From positions 297,166,001 to 297,230,000 of the forward strand of contig OZ024740.1 in assembly GCA_964016885.1 (NCBI GenBank): a stretch of DNA of 64,000 bases. The letters are read 5' to 3'. Source of the stretch: Eledone cirrhosa. Taxonomy: Eukaryota. The notes beneath the pieces were generated by a model. That model worked only from the letters and a program-made list of their open reading frames with translations, was not told the origin of the DNA and searched no databases. The translations under genes were made by a program, and so were the position numbers. The stretch's first letter is position 1, and each line of letters begins with the position of its first letter. Below are positions 44,640 through 58,687 of this stretch, one piece after another.

Positions 44640-46345
44640 ATATATATCAAACAGGGGGGGGGGGGGCTCAGGTTGTTTTTTTTATATATGAGTGAAGGTT
44701 GGTTGGTTGATGCAGTCAGGTGAATAAGCAGATCAGCTTTCCCGCCAGTTTGTTTGAATTTCTTTTTACTTTAAAAAAAGTGGCTCACGAAGGCTTTTTT
44801 TTCTTTTTTTTTTCTAATAAATGTAATTTGATTGGTTATAAATGAAATTATTACTGTCACATGAACAAGTTCATTAAATTTCACGCCCGTATTTGGGAAT
44901 TTATTTTGTAGCCTTTTAGAGAACTTTATGACAAACAAAGATAATGGTCAAGAGAAATGGGATGGGAGAATTGTTCTGGTTCAGTGAATATGGCTGGTTC
45001 GCTGGGGTGTCAGAATTCAGACTTTCTATTGAAATAAAGAAAGTAGAGATATGTATGTTTATTTGTGTGCTTGTGTGTGTGTGTATGTATAGGAAGATGA
45101 TTCTATTAGTAGAAATGGGGGAGGGAGTTGTGTGTGTATATGGGTGTTATGTGTGTGGGAGTATGTTAATATGGAGAGAATATATATATTTTGTGTGTGT
45201 GTATGTGTGTAGGAAAGTGATTCTATTAGTAGAAATGGGGGAGGGAGTTGTGTGTGTGTGTGTGAGGGTGGAGGGGGGTTATGTGTGTGTGGTAGTATGG
45301 TTAGCATGTTAAGATGAAGAGAATATATATTGTGTGTGTGTGTGTGTGTGTGTGTAGGAAAATGATTCCGTTAGTAGAAATATTTTTGAATGAACATATT
45401 TTCTTTATTTATTCGTATTTGTTCTGTTGTATTGTCAGCGCAAATGTATGTTAAGGTTTATTTAGTTCGGGTTTTTATTTTCTAAAGTAGGTGTTATGTG
45501 TGTGTGTGTATGTGTCTGTTTGGATGGTTAGCATGTTATGGTGTTGACATAATGTATATTAAACCATATTTAATGCTGGTCTATATTTTCGAATTAACAT
45601 ATTTTCCTTATTTATTTGTATTTGTTCTGTTGTGTTGTCAGCGCAAAGGTAAAATGTGAAGACTTGGAATGTGGGTGTCTTATTACTTGCGCATATGTCT
45701 AGCGCTTAGTGGTATCTGTCTCGTGGTTGGATCTCGTAATTTTTGGCGATGAACTGTCATTCTGTTTCTGAGTGTGAGTTTAGTTTGTCCTATATAATCG
45801 TCATTGCATCCTTTACATTTAATGGCATAAAAGAGATTTTTTGATGAGCAAGTGAAGTGATTTTTTACAGCAAAATTTTGTCCTGATTGGAATGTATACG
45901 TGTTGCCTTCAATGAGGTGAGTGCAGGTTCCACAATTAGAGCGACCACATCTTTTGACAGTTGGTTGTGGGTTTGTGGTAGGGAATTTGGCATTGGTGAG
46001 TAATGTTTTCGGTTGTCTTTTGTTTTTGATCATTTTGTGTGTTTCAAGGGCTTTTTTCATTCTTTGGTCTTGTTTCAATAGTGGGATGTTCTTGTGAATA
46101 GTGTTGCAAGCTTCCGGATTTCTTGGGTTGTGTGTTGAGATATATGATAGAATATTGGACGTACCTTGAATTTGTTTCTGTTTTCGTAATTCATCAATGC
46201 CTATTGCTTTACAACCTGAGCCCCCCTTCTTTGAAGAACTTTGTAACGCGAACTGGCGTGAAATTTATTATACTTATTGACCAACCAATCAAATTACTTC
46301 TCTAAAAACCTGGCGTTTCGAGCCACTTTTTTCCATATAAAACAA
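44640..46345 (-). mobile_element. Penelope-like (Neptune-type) GIY-YIG fragment with inverted terminal segments
   Basis: ORF 45683-46078 RCGRSNCGTC...CSSKNLFYAIKCKGC..YIGQTK..RNRM..HR. 46195-46345 is an inverted copy of parts of 44640-44900. Confidence 0.82.
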
Positions 46346-46522
46346 GTAACATTCAAAGACCAACCAGATGTGAGAAAAACCACAGACCCTCCATCTCCAT
46401 CTCAACTCTACTTTTGAAAAGCAGAAGAACTGCGAAACCGGTAAAGGAACCAAATAAATATATATATTTTTTAAAATAAGACTCCAGTTGCATTTTCGAT
46501 TTCATCTTTTTTTCTCTCTCTA

Positions 46523-46560
<38 letters not shown>

Positions 46561-46699
46561 AAAGAGTTAAACAAGATTCAATGAGTATATCAAAGAATTA
46601 GTTTTACAGTAGTTTGGAAGCACTCTACGGGAAAAATAATTTTCCAGAGTTATTAATATTAAAATACAAATATTAATAAAATAGATGTTCTTTTGATCA

Positions 46700-46762
46700 A
46701 TTACATTTTATTATACATATTTCGGATGTACAACAGTACGTCCTCATCAGACAAAATATAAT
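46700..46762 (-). ncRNA. Type I hammerhead motif in left pseudo-LTR
   Basis: ATTATATTTTGT-CTGATGA-GGACGTACTGTTGTACATCC-GAA-ATATGTAT-A^ATAAAATGTAAT. Stem I is 12 bp. Confidence 0.85.
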
Positions 46763-49700
46763 GATACATGACATGCCCTGAGATGTTAAATGGTTACGAT
46801 TTAACATTTATACCCTAATAATGTGAAAATGCGAAAACGTAATAAATTCAATAGAGAATGTGTGAGTAAGAAAAACGTTGCTTAATGTAACAGTTATAGA
46901 GATTTTAAAATGTATGATACTACAATTTATGTTTATCTATGAAAATATCTCATGAATTATAACAGTCAATGAAAAATATAACAGTCAAGGAAAAATTACA
47001 AAAAGACCCGGCTGATGATCTTACTGAAATTAATGAAGAAGCCTACAAATTAATTACCAATTTAGGAATAGAAGGAAGAACCGAGCCATTCTTACCTAGG
47101 CAGCAGAGGATTAACTTGAAGGATCACAAAAGAAACTTTGAGGAAGAGATGCCAGTTAGACTGATTGTTCCATCGAAATCGGATATTGGAGTAATCAGTA
47201 AAAACATCATAGATAGAATATTACCCACTCTTAAATTGAGATCTAATTTGAGCTTATGGAAAGATACAAACGAAGTCATAGAATGGTACACAAATATAGA
47301 AGATAAGAAAAACCATAAATTCATCCAGATGGACATTACTAGCTACTATTCTTCCATAACACCTAACCTTCTAAATAAGGCTCTTTCATATGCTTATAAG
47401 CATACTGATATAACCACGGATGAAATCGATATAATACTAACAGCCAGAAGAACTCTTATTAACTTCAACAACGAATATTGGACCCGCTCAGATAGAGATA
47501 GAAACTTTGATTCCGCGCAAATCACAGATCTTCTGAGAATTTTCATATTAAATATGATAAATAGAAAACTGCCGGAGATTACCGGTGGTTTATATAGGGA
47601 CGACATTTTATTTACGGTGGTCAAACACAACAATATAGAACTAAATAGAGTAGAGAAAAGTATAATAGAATTCTTTAAAATGTATGACCTTGAGTTATAA
47701 GTAGAAAATGGTACCAAAATAGTTAATTTCCTAGATGTTACCTTTAACTTAAACACTGGCTTCTATTACCCTTTTCATAAGCCCAATGAAAACTTAAACT
47801 ATGTTAGTAACCATTCCAACCACCCCAAATCTGTAAAAAAAAGCTATAGGAAATAGTGTGGAAAAACGAATTAATAAAATATCAGCCAATAAAGCTATAT
47901 TCGATGAAAACGCTGAATACTACAACAACGCGTTAAAAAGAGAAGGATATATGAATAATATAGAATATGTAGATAATAATAATCAAAGTATTAATCTTAA
48001 TAAAAATAATAACATATATAAGAGAAACTCTAATAATTATAATTCAAACACCCATACGCCAAATAAATTGAAGATAAGAACTAGAACTAAGTCAGTCATA
48101 TGGTTCCGCCCCCCTGCTTCGGTCGCAGTTAAAACACCAATTGCAAAATTATTCTTTAACGCTTTGGACATCTCTTTCCCTATTCAACATAAATACCATT
48201 CCATTTTTAATAGACATACCATTAAATTCTCGTATTCTACAACTATGAACATGGACCAAAACATTGCCCAATTAAACACTAAAATCCTAAAACAAAACCA
48301 ACATAATGATCTTAATAATAGAGTTAACATAAATGATACTAAACCAAAATATAATTGTAGAAATAAAACTGATTGCCCTTTGCAAAATAATTGTCTAGTA
48401 ATTTGGTTTATAAATGCACCGTAAAAACTGATCACAACACATACAATTACATAGGATCGACTTCTTCTACATTTAAAGCCAGATTTGCGAACCATAAATG
48501 CTCATTCTCGAACTCAAAGAAAAAATCATCCACGTCTTTATCACAGCTCATATGGTCATTAAAAGAGAGTAATTTAAAATACTCCATTCTTTAGACAAAA
48601 CTTCGGAACTGTGACGTTTACCGCAACTCTAGTATATCTAATAACTGCGCGCTCTGTACAATGGAGACCCCCTGTTGATTATTAATAACTATGAGACTCT
48701 AATTAACAAAAAAGTGAATTATTCTCTAGTTGCCTCCATAAAGCTACGTCCACATTCTTAGCCTCCCACAAAACGAGAAAAAAAGAGAGAGAAACACTAA
48801 ACCATTAAAAACTTGGTTGTCAGATGTATATAATCAACAGGGAAAAACGTTAATGGCCTTTAATATTGCATTATCTTATAACTATCTATAGAAGAAATAA
48901 CGCTCGAATGAAAGACACTTGTTCAATAACATGCCGGAACAATGATATACATAACTTAATATTATCTTTGATCCATACCATTATTTCTTTATTTCTCTAT
49001 CTTTATCTTCCTATCTAAGTTTTAAATTTTAGTTTAATATCCAACCCATACATTTTTACGGAACTTATTTCTAACTGTGAATCTTTCATGCGTTTTTGAT
49101 TTCTTATTTATAATATGTATGTAATTATATTTTCTATGTTTTTAAATATACCTACTGCATTTTTATATCCATGATTCAAATATAGAGCAAATATACAAAC
49201 TATAAATTATTATAGACCTTATTTTGAACTCTGAATTATCCATGCATTTATTATTGTTTTTCTTATATATATTTAACTTATATGTATTTAACTGTAACAC
49301 GTCGAACTTTATTATATAAAATTATAACTGTTATCATTTACCTAAAGTATACTGTATCACTAATACCTAATATATATCCATATATACCTCCCTGTATCTT
49401 TCTATACATAATTTTTAGTTAACTTCTAAATTTCTTGATTATTATTTATTTTGAACTATGAATAATTAATGCATTTACACCCTGTTATATATAGGTATAT
49501 ATTTAACTTTAGCATGCCTCAATCTATTATTTTATTTTTATTTTCTTTATCATTTACCTAAAATACACTGGCTCATTAATATATACCTACATACATAATC
49601 GTTATTTAAATATTTCTAACAATAAGTACTTCATAAACTTTACATACCGAATATGTTGACAATGATTATCTTCGTTAAAGTTTACATTTAGGAAAATATT

Positions 49701-50225
49701 CAACAGTGTAAACTTTCCTTTCCGCTGTCCAGCTAAATCCTTTAAATGTTATCCTCATAAAATTCAGAAGTTTAGAAATGTTAACACACTTATAGAATTT
49801 ACAAAACTAATAAATATAAATAACCAGCAATTTAAAAAAAACCTAAAATCTTGATTCTTCACCCTAAAATAGCATAAATTAAATATTTTCAAACTTAACC
49901 GTTTAACTTTCGGAAAAAATCTCCTTCTGCATATATTACCCCCCTAATCTTTCCCTCTCTATAAATGCTATTCCAGTGGCTCTCATTGACTGTTATGATT
50001 CATGAGATGTTTTCCTAGATAAACATAAATTGTAGTATCATACATTTTAAAATCTCTATAACTGTTACATTAAGCAACGTTTTTCTTACTCACACATTCT
50101 CTATTGAATTTATTACGTTTTCGCATTTTCTCATTATTAGGGTATACATGTTAAATTTTCTCTTAGGTTAATCACTACATTGATTAAATCTTAACCAATT
50201 AACATCTGAGGATATGTCATGTATC

Positions 50226-50286
50226 ATTATATTTTGTCTGATGAGGACGTACTGTTGTACACCCGAAATATGTATAAAAATGTAAT
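50226..50286 (+). ncRNA. Type I hammerhead motif in right pseudo-LTR
   Basis: Same motif as 46700-46762 with a 2-nt deletion in the 3' strand of stem I. Confidence 0.75.
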
Positions 50287-50319
50287 TGATCAAAAGAACA
50301 TCTATTTTATTAATATTTG

Positions 50320-50390
<71 letters not shown>

Positions 50391-50483
50391 AGGGAGTGTA
50401 ACGTGAAGTTACTGCAGGTTCACCCTTGATGTCTAGGGTTCACGTCAGTATCGAGGTGTAGAGCTAAACAGAGTGTAATATAG

Positions 50484-50764
50484 TAATACAAGGACTATTT
50501 TTAAAGCGTTCATTACGTTTATTGATTGGTGACGCGCGTTTCGTTATTGATCAACTCAAGGTTCGATCTGTATCGATCTGGCCCGACTCTGGAATCAAAA
50601 GCTCGTCGGACCTCTGCCGTCAGTACAACAGCAAAGATACGACGAGCTTTTGATTCCAGAGTCGGGCCAGATCGATACAGATCGAACCTTGAGCTGATCA
50701 ATAGCGAAACGCGCCTCACCAATCAATAAACGTAATGAAGGCTTAACAAATCATCCTTGTATTA
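50484..50764. repeat. Imperfect fold-back palindrome, ~125-bp arms with 31-nt loop
   Basis: 50484-50608 is the reverse complement of 50640-50764. Arms contain GAAACGCGC(G/C)TC followed by AATAAA. Confidence 0.9.
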
Positions 50765-50774
50765 TTATTATTAT

Positions 50775-53700
50775 GGCCGCACATGTGTGAAGACAGTACA
50801 AATCTGCGGGGGAAAAGGTTCGTAACTTTAAGTTGTTTTAAAGTGTCTTTTTTTTTTGTATTTTCTTGTCGTTAACGAAACTTAAGGTACACATCTTGAT
50901 TTAAAGAGAGGGATACCTCTCAAAATTCGGGCTTTAAGCCCGAATATTCAGATTTATTTTTTAAAATTTCGAAAAATATCGCTTCCCCACCAAAAGAAAA
51001 TTATGGAAATTTTCGACCTTGAAACGGTAATCAACGTTCAGGTCAAAAGTTTAAAGGCAGCCACTGCAGATTTCACCACAACTACGACGGCTACAGTCAT
51101 GCCTGTCATCCACTCTACTGAATGTGAAGGTTACACTCAAAAGCTACCATCACAACCTTCTGCCATAGCAGCAGTATCATCTGAAAACGACAACACCACC
51201 ATCACCACCACCACCACCACAACAACAACTCAGAGCAATAACGACAATAACACCGACAGCTTCAATGTAAACATGGATGGCGGTGGCAACAGCAAGAATG
51301 ACAACAACAACAATAAGAGCATCAGAAACACCACATTTGCGGCAGCAGCAGCAAAAACAAAGCGCTTATTAAATATTGATATTGATATTAGCGATAAGGA
51401 CGAACAGTTGGCCAAAGCGTGGAGGCTAATTAAACGGGAGAAGTCATGGGCAAACCTGACCATCCCGGACGAGGCACTAGCGGCCATGCAAAGGAGGACG
51501 GTGCTCTTTCGATGTATTTCGGTGCAGACACGAAAAGTGGAACTTGCGAGCCAAGCAGAGGTAGAGGCCGCTTTGGAGTACATCGGATGTAACATAGAGT
51601 ACAAAGCAAGAGGCAAACAGTTCGGTACCATCTCGGTACTGTTCAAAACCGAGGCCCTCGCTATTAAGCACTCGGTGACCCCCTGCAGAACGGAACGCAT
51701 TATCATGCATCCGTCCTATATGGGTAAAAGGACAGTGAAGGTACGCATTCCCAGCATCCCACCAGCAATGAACATATGGTGGCTGCTGGGATGCGTAATC
51801 GAGGAGGGGACAAACACTGCCCTCCTAGACATCAAAAGGACAGAGAGAGAGGACTGGTCCGGAATGGATTTGGAGATTCTTCTCCAAATGAAACCGGAAG
51901 ATATGAATAACATCCCGGATTTTGCCCGCCTGCAGGATGGGACAACAATCCAGCTAATGATTGACGGAAGAAGGCCACGCTGATTCGTCTGCGGGGAAGC
52001 AACGCATCTTCAAGCCTTCTGCCCTCAGCGCAAAAATGCAGGGGGTCGCAAACCTCCTTTGTTGCCAACGCCAGTGTCAGCACGGAAAGCTGCACCACCA
52101 CTACCACCAAAAACAACATCAACAAAAACACGGAAACCAACATCAAAAGCAGCCGGATCACCACCAACACCAAAACCAATCCAAGGAGAAAACGAGGAAA
52201 GCTCTCCCCCCCCCCCAATTATACACATAGACAAAACAATAAACGCACACACAGACACAGAGACACTCACAGACACAGACCCTTTGTCTTCCAGCAGCGA
52301 AGATGAAGGAACACCCAAAAGTGCAAAAAAACAGAGAAAACTCACAAAAAAAAAGCCCAACAAAACACAAAAACACACACAACAAAAAATACAGACACCA
52401 CTAACGCAAACATTTCCCCAATAACATCATCACCAACAGCAACATCGACCCCACCCCCACAATCCCCGAAACGCAAACAACCTAAACAAACACAAGTACA
52501 AATAAACACACAAATACCTGAAATTGCAGACACCACACCTACAACAAACATAGACATACCCGAAACAACACCACCAAAACCATCGCCACCACCTTCACCA
52601 AAACGAAAACAAATAAAACCACACCAACAAAATGTTAAAAACTTCGTGCTTGTCAGAAGGGCCAACGATAAACTGATGGCCCTCTTAGCGCGAAGCGAGG
52701 ACATTCAAACAGAGGGGGAGGTTTTTGAAATGAGCACATTTTGCGTGCCAGAAGATTTGCTTCTGGTCCGAATGTCACTCAATTCCCTCAAAGAAATTCG
52801 AGAGAGCTTTCCTCAAGACGTGGGAACCCCGAATGTGAAACCCACATCAAGACATTTAAAGGGGTTCCCAAAAGAAACCCCACCAACCATGGAGGTCGAA
52901 CCACCCGACCTTCACAAGACCCGGGAGGTAAGTAAACATACCCTCTCTCTCTCTTAGCTTACCAATATGGCCATATTAAGAGTAGGAAGTTTAAATGTTC
53001 GCGGCCTGGGGTCACCCTGGAAGCAGGGTCGCCTGCTCAACGAACTCCGGTCGCTAGAAATGGATGTGATTGCCGTAAGCGAGACCAGAATTTCCGACAC
53101 GCGCGCACTAGCCCCCATTTTCGACGACTATCAGATCTTCGCATCTGTTAGCAGGCCGGGAATGGGGGGTGGGGTGGCAGTGCTGTTTAGGAAAGGACTG
53201 GATCTCGAGGTAAGGTCGATCTTCCGGGACCCGGACGGTAAGTTGGTGGTCTTGGATGTGAGCAGTAGCGAAGGTGGTGCCTTTAGACTGCTGGCCGTCT
53301 AGGCCCCTACAGGGGCCGGACGACCTGACCTCTTTAGGCGCCTGGAGACCTTTCTGGGTACGTCTCGCCCTTTACTGTTAGCGGGGGACTGGAATGGCAT
53401 CTTAGACGCAGGCTGGGATTGTGTGGGAGTAGCCGATAGGAGCGGGGGGTGCAAAAGCCTCAAGCACCTACTCAGCCAGTTCCAACTGTCTGACAGGTAT
53501 CGACTATATTTCCCCAATGTGCCAGTATGGACATGGACCAACCGAATGGGGTCATCTAGATCGTATATAGACAGGATCTTCATTAGGAAAATAGATAGAA
53601 ATAGTGTGGGCTGTCCACTTTTTAAAATGGTCGCCTATTCAGATCACAAATTTGTGATTTGTACGGTCGACCTAAATAAAACGCGTAGGTTAGGACCGGG

Positions 53701-56645
53701 TTACTGGAAGCTGAACATGTCATTTCCGGCACGTAAGGCTTACAGGGACCGAGTCAACAAGTTAGTTAAGCAAAAGTTGAGAAGGGGGATCATCAACAAC
53801 AGATGGTGGGGGGCTCTCAAAAGAGAGATTAGAGTAACTTCGATAGAGTTCAGCAAAGAACTAGCGTTAAAGAAAAATAGAAAGGAGGGGGAGCTGGTAG
53901 ATAAGTTAGACAAGGCTATTTGTAGTGGCATCGCAACTGACGTGCTAGCGGCGAGAATGGCATTAGACCATTTCTTCAATGCCAAACACGAAGGTTGCTT
54001 TGTCAGAGCTAAGGCGCGTGCGCTGAGAAACGAGGGAACTAAAGCTGTTCGATAGGCCCGCGTGGCGGAGGCGCAGCGTGGTAATAAAACCACAATTCGG
54101 TCTTTGGCGGACCGAGACGGACACGAGATAAGCGATTCCAAGCGGATGTGTGAGGCCTTTCGCCAGCACTTTGCTCGGTTGTTCAGGGAGAGTGGCGAGT
54201 CAGAGAGAGTAGCGAATTTCAGTCCCTACCTTGACGGCTTGCCGCGCATCTCGACGGTCGACGCTGAGCGCTGCGAAAGGCCGATTACTTCAGCCGAAAT
54301 TCAGGACGCCCTTGTCGGCTGCATGAGGCGCAAGTCACCCGGTTTGGCTGGCCTGCCCTACGAGCTTTACGTAAATATGCCAGACTTGTTCTCCGAACTC
54401 CTCGAAGCACTCTACTGCAACTGGCAGCAGAATGGGAGTATTCCCAGTTCTGTGAGCAGAGGAGTGGTGACGCTGATAAGGAAAGACGAGAACAAGAGGG
54501 ATACATTAGACAACTTCAGGCCCATAACTCTGCTCAACACAGAGATTAAGATTTTGGCCAAGGTGTTAGCAAAGAGATTGGCGCTTGTCGTCGAGGATTT
54601 GGTTTGGGAGGCGCAAACTTGCGCAATCCCAGCCAGGTCCATACACGACAATCTCCACCTCATGCGATACATCATAGAGAGGGTAGGGTGTAAACCTGGC
54701 TTCGGTGGGGAACTGATCAATTTAGATCAATCGAAAGCATTCGATAGGGTCGACCATCGGTATCTGGAGTGTGTCCTCAAAGCAGCTGGCTTCGGCCCTG
54801 TCTTTAAAAGCTGGATCGTTGCAATGCACAGCGGCACACGCTCGGTGGTCAAGGTTAATGGCCACCTCTCGGAACCATTTCGGCTCTCCCGAAGAGTGCC
54901 CTCTCTCTTCCCTTCTGTACGTATTGACTCTCGAGCCTTTACTGCGGAAGCTGGAGCTGTTGCAGGGCATCACGCTCGAACCGGGACGTGGAAAGGCGGT
55001 GTCGGCTTATGCGGACGACATCACCGTGATGGTGTCGAACACCTCAGAAATCGTGGTGGTCGACACCTTATTGAAGGAATATGAAAGGTTGACAGGAGCC
55101 AAACTTAACCCGGAAAAGTCGGTGGGCTTGCAGCTCGGAACCTGGAGAGACAAGCCTATGCCGTCCAACAGCGTCGTGGGGCGCTGGACGGACGGACCGG
55201 TAAAGTTGCTCGGGGTTTGGTTCGGACCACACCTCCAGGTGGAAAAGAATTGGGACGAGGTAACGAGCAGAGTAGCCAGTCTCACCCCAAAATGGGCTGG
55301 GAGGAAGCTATCACTGAAAGGTCGCGCGGAGGTGGAGAATGCGTACATCGCGTCCGTCATCTACTACCGCCTAACCGTCGTGCCTTTCCCCCGTCCGCGC
55401 CTCGTCAAGTTGGAACGGCTCCTCTTCAAATTCTTGTGGAGGGGACAAGTTCCGTTTGTGAGGCGGTCCATCTGCTGACAACACCCTCTACGCGGAGGGC
55501 TGGGTATGCCGTGGATAATGATGCGCAGACATGCGTTGAGGCTGCGACATCTCCAGATATTCTGCCTCAATGGTGAACAGGTGTGGTCGCCGTTTATCAG
55601 ACGGGCCTTTCCGCAGCTCATTTCTTTGACTAAGCTGCAGTCCTGGGTCAAGAAGATACCGAGACTGGGTGACTGGCACCTGGAATGTTGCCAGGCACTC
55701 ACTGCCCTCTACCAAGCGGGCAACGCGATCAGTGGAACTTCCACTCTCGAGTTCTATAGAGGATTAGTGGTGGGCAAGTGCGATGACGCACTTGGAGAAG
55801 CTTTGGGCCTCGACGAAGTCGAACTGACCAGTCTGTACCGGAGGACTTTTGAGCCGGGGACGATGGACAATTTCCAGAAATCCCTCGCTTGGCAGTGCTA
55901 CCGGGGGGGGGGGGCACTGCCGGTTCGGGATAAACTCTACAGGCACGGAAGTGCTGCCAGACGGACCTGCCCAAGATGCGCACAGAACGACGAAACGGTT
56001 CTGCACGCACTTGTCCAATGTCCGTGCATTACTGACTTGTGGGGTTATGTCGAACAGCTACTGTCGCGTGTGGAACGAATCCGGCTATCGGCCGAGTCCA
56101 TAGTGAAGATCGAGCCGCCACCTTCCTTAGGTCAGGAAGAACAGGAAATTTTCCTCTGTCTGGTGGCAGTTGCGAAAGAGATTATATGGTGGACCAGGTT
56201 GAAAGGACTAAAGACAGACACTTTTCTCTTCGGCCAATCCCTCATCAACTTCTTCAACTTTCACCTGGAAAGAAGGGTGAGGGTGGAGAGAGAAGTGCTG
56301 GCCCCCAGTACATTTGCTAAAAGGTGGGTGAATGTGGCGAGAATGACTCTGACCATGCGCCTATAGGCTGGTTAACTTGAGGAGAGGGGTGCTCTCCTGG
56401 GTGCCCTAGAAGCGCAGGGTGGTTCAGGATTGGTGGGGTACCCGAATCACCCCGGGGTCGTCCACCTCCTATCGGGGAATTTATTTTGTTATATTTATGC
56501 ATAGTTTATTTTATATTTTTATATTTTCATTGTTAAATTAGTCTTGCCATTGTGCACTTTTACTCGACCTTATTGTAAACCCCCACTGTCCCTGTCTTTG
56601 TATTGTCCCCTACATGTCGGCCCTTGTGGCTAATAAATGAAATCA
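50775..56645 (+). mobile_element. Full-length inactivated Tx1-clade LINE (ORF1 ~51003-52957, ORF2 52967-56366)
   Basis: ORF1 has a CCHC knuckle remnant (*FVCGEATHLQAFC). ORF2 has SLNVRGL, GDWN, SDH, FRPITLLN, LDQSKAFDRVDH, AYADDIT and CPRC..HALVQC. In-frame stops at ~51981, 53300, 54053 and 55476, and a frameshift near 54895. Flanked by (ATT)n. Confidence 0.94.
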
Positions 56646-56926
56646 TTATTATTATTATTATAATTATTAAAGGCGGTGGATTGGCAGTATTGGTAGAGGG
56701 TCGGACGCCATGCTTTGCAGCAAAGAGTTACGGCCCTTGCCATTCGACTTTCCCCTCCCTAAAATTGGTGGCCTTGTGCCTAAATCAGAAACCATTATTA
56801 TTATTAACGTCGGACTGAGTTCAAATCCCGCCGAGGTTAACTTTGCCTTTCATCCTTATGGGGTCGATAAAATAAAGTACCAGTAATGCACTGGGTAATT
56901 GCTGCCTTGTGCCTAAAGTAGAAACA

Positions 56927-56959
<33 letters not shown>

Positions 56960-56961
<2 letters not shown>

Positions 56962-57985
56962 AGCTGCATTTATCTTGCTTTATGTTCATACGAGTTATCA
57001 CCAAGTCACAACCAGTGACCTCAAGAGACAACAAGGTCCGCCATGTTCAAGAAAGAACATACATACTCACACATGCATCTTTAGTGTTTAGACTTGTGAT
57101 GTACTTATATTGACAGAATCTTCCTTAGTATGTGGGCAGTTCCCATTAGTACTATCTTTTGTATTTCTCCTATACGCGGGTTTCCTGGGATTTGTGATAA
57201 ATAATCATTAGACCCCTTAGGTATCATTCCTAGAGCGCCTACAACCACTGGTATTGTTTTAGTTCTCAATTTCCACATTTTTCCAATTTCTATCTCCAGG
57301 TCCTTATACTTGCTCAATTTTTCAAATGTTTTTATAGATACACTCTTATCTATTGGAACGGACATATCAATTAGCAGGCATACCCTCTTTTTAAAGTCCT
57401 TCAATATAATATCAGGTCTATTTGCATCTATTTTTCGGTCTATTTGGATGCTAAAGTTCCACAAGATGGAGATGTGATCTTTTTCAAGTATGGGAGGTGG
57501 TTGATGCTCCCACCAATTCTTTTGATGGGGCAGGTCAAAATGCTTACACATTATCCAATGTATGTATTGTGCAGCTCTGTCATGCCTGTTTAGGTATTCG
57601 GTTGGACCTATAGGACTGCACATTGAAATTAGATGGTCAATGGTCACTGGTTGTTTTTTACATACACGGCATAATGGGCTGCATCCATTTTTTATTATGT
57701 TGGCTTGGTAATTTTTTGTTGGCAGACACTGATCTTCTGCTGATATAATCAGTCCTTCAGTCTCCGATTTCAGTCCAGAGGATGCCAACCACTGATGGGT
57801 TAAAGTTTTGTCAACATCAGGATTGTTAGCTCGTTCTGGGTATTTTCCATACAGAGGCTTTTCTTGCCATTTCTTAGCCAGTTTCTGTAGCAGTTCTTTC
57901 TTTGCAGTTACTTTTACCTGCTTTGCTTTTTCTGTGTTTTCATTTCAGCAGTAAATGGGACTTCTGAAATGTGTAGTCCATTACT
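56960..57985 (-). mobile_element. 3' fragment of RLE-type (R4/Dong-like) non-LTR retrotransposon
   Basis: ORF 57105-57788 CRVCKK..TIDHLISMC, RHD, NRPDI, IDMSVP, EKLSKYKDL, PVVVGALG. Flanked by (ATT/TAA)n at both ends. Confidence 0.88.
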
Positions 57986-58051
<66 letters not shown>

Positions 58052-58124
58052 GTATAGGAAAACTTGAACCGTTAAGTTAAGGTATCTTTTCTTGGTTATG
58101 TCAAAATTTATAAAACAAACTTTG

Positions 58125-58185
58125 TATTTTATCTGATGAAAGCGTACCAAAGTTTTGGTACCCTTGAAATATATATTATAGAATA
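58125..58185 (+). ncRNA. Type I hammerhead motif in solo PLE pseudo-LTR (58050-58325)
   Basis: TATTTTAT-CTGATGA-AAGCGTACCAAAGTTTTGGTACCCTT-GAA-ATATATAT-T^ATAGAATA. Downstream sequence resembles the reverse complement of 180-300. Confidence 0.8.
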
Positions 58186-58320
58186 AATATGGTTTTATAA
58201 ATATAGTTCCATTTATTTAATATCATTGAATATTATACTCCAGAAACCTTGTCGAGTGCTCTGAATCAGTTATAAACATTTATATTTGTTGAATTACCAA
58301 CAAATTGAATATCTCTTTTG

Positions 58321-58340
<20 letters not shown>

Positions 58341-58365
<25 letters not shown>

Positions 58366-58442
58366 AGTTAAGAACTCAAATTTGGTCCTTACGATTCGAA
58401 CACATGTATGTTTATATTAGTGTTCATCTCTCTTGTTTATTC

Positions 58443-58519
<77 letters not shown>

Positions 58520-58631
58520 TTGAAATAAAATGAAAACGAAATTTCATTTCTCACTCTTAGTACGGCACTTACTTAAATGTAAGTATGTGTGTATACGTAC
58601 ATACATATATGTATACAGACGTACAGTAGCA

Positions 58632-58687
<56 letters not shown>

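Larger units (their letters stand above)
46560..50325 (+). mobile_element. Penelope-like retroelement (RT + GIY-YIG), 5'-truncated, with inverted pseudo-LTRs
   Basis: RT motifs LKDHK, PVRLI, QMDITSYY, GLYRDD, VNFLDV and SNHP; endonuclease LVYKC..YIGST. Inverted repeats at 46661-46972 and 49983-50325. Stops and frameshifts present. Confidence 0.92.

Noticed and set aside
50519-50729. Near-identical ORFs on both strands
   Set aside because: They are a trivial consequence of the DNA palindrome.
51981-55478. TGA codons exactly at Cys positions in Tx1 (ORF1 knuckle at 51981, SIC*QHP at 55476), suggesting selenocysteine or readthrough
   Set aside because: The same copy also has TAG stops (53300, 54053) and a frameshift near 54895, so these are ordinary inactivating mutations.
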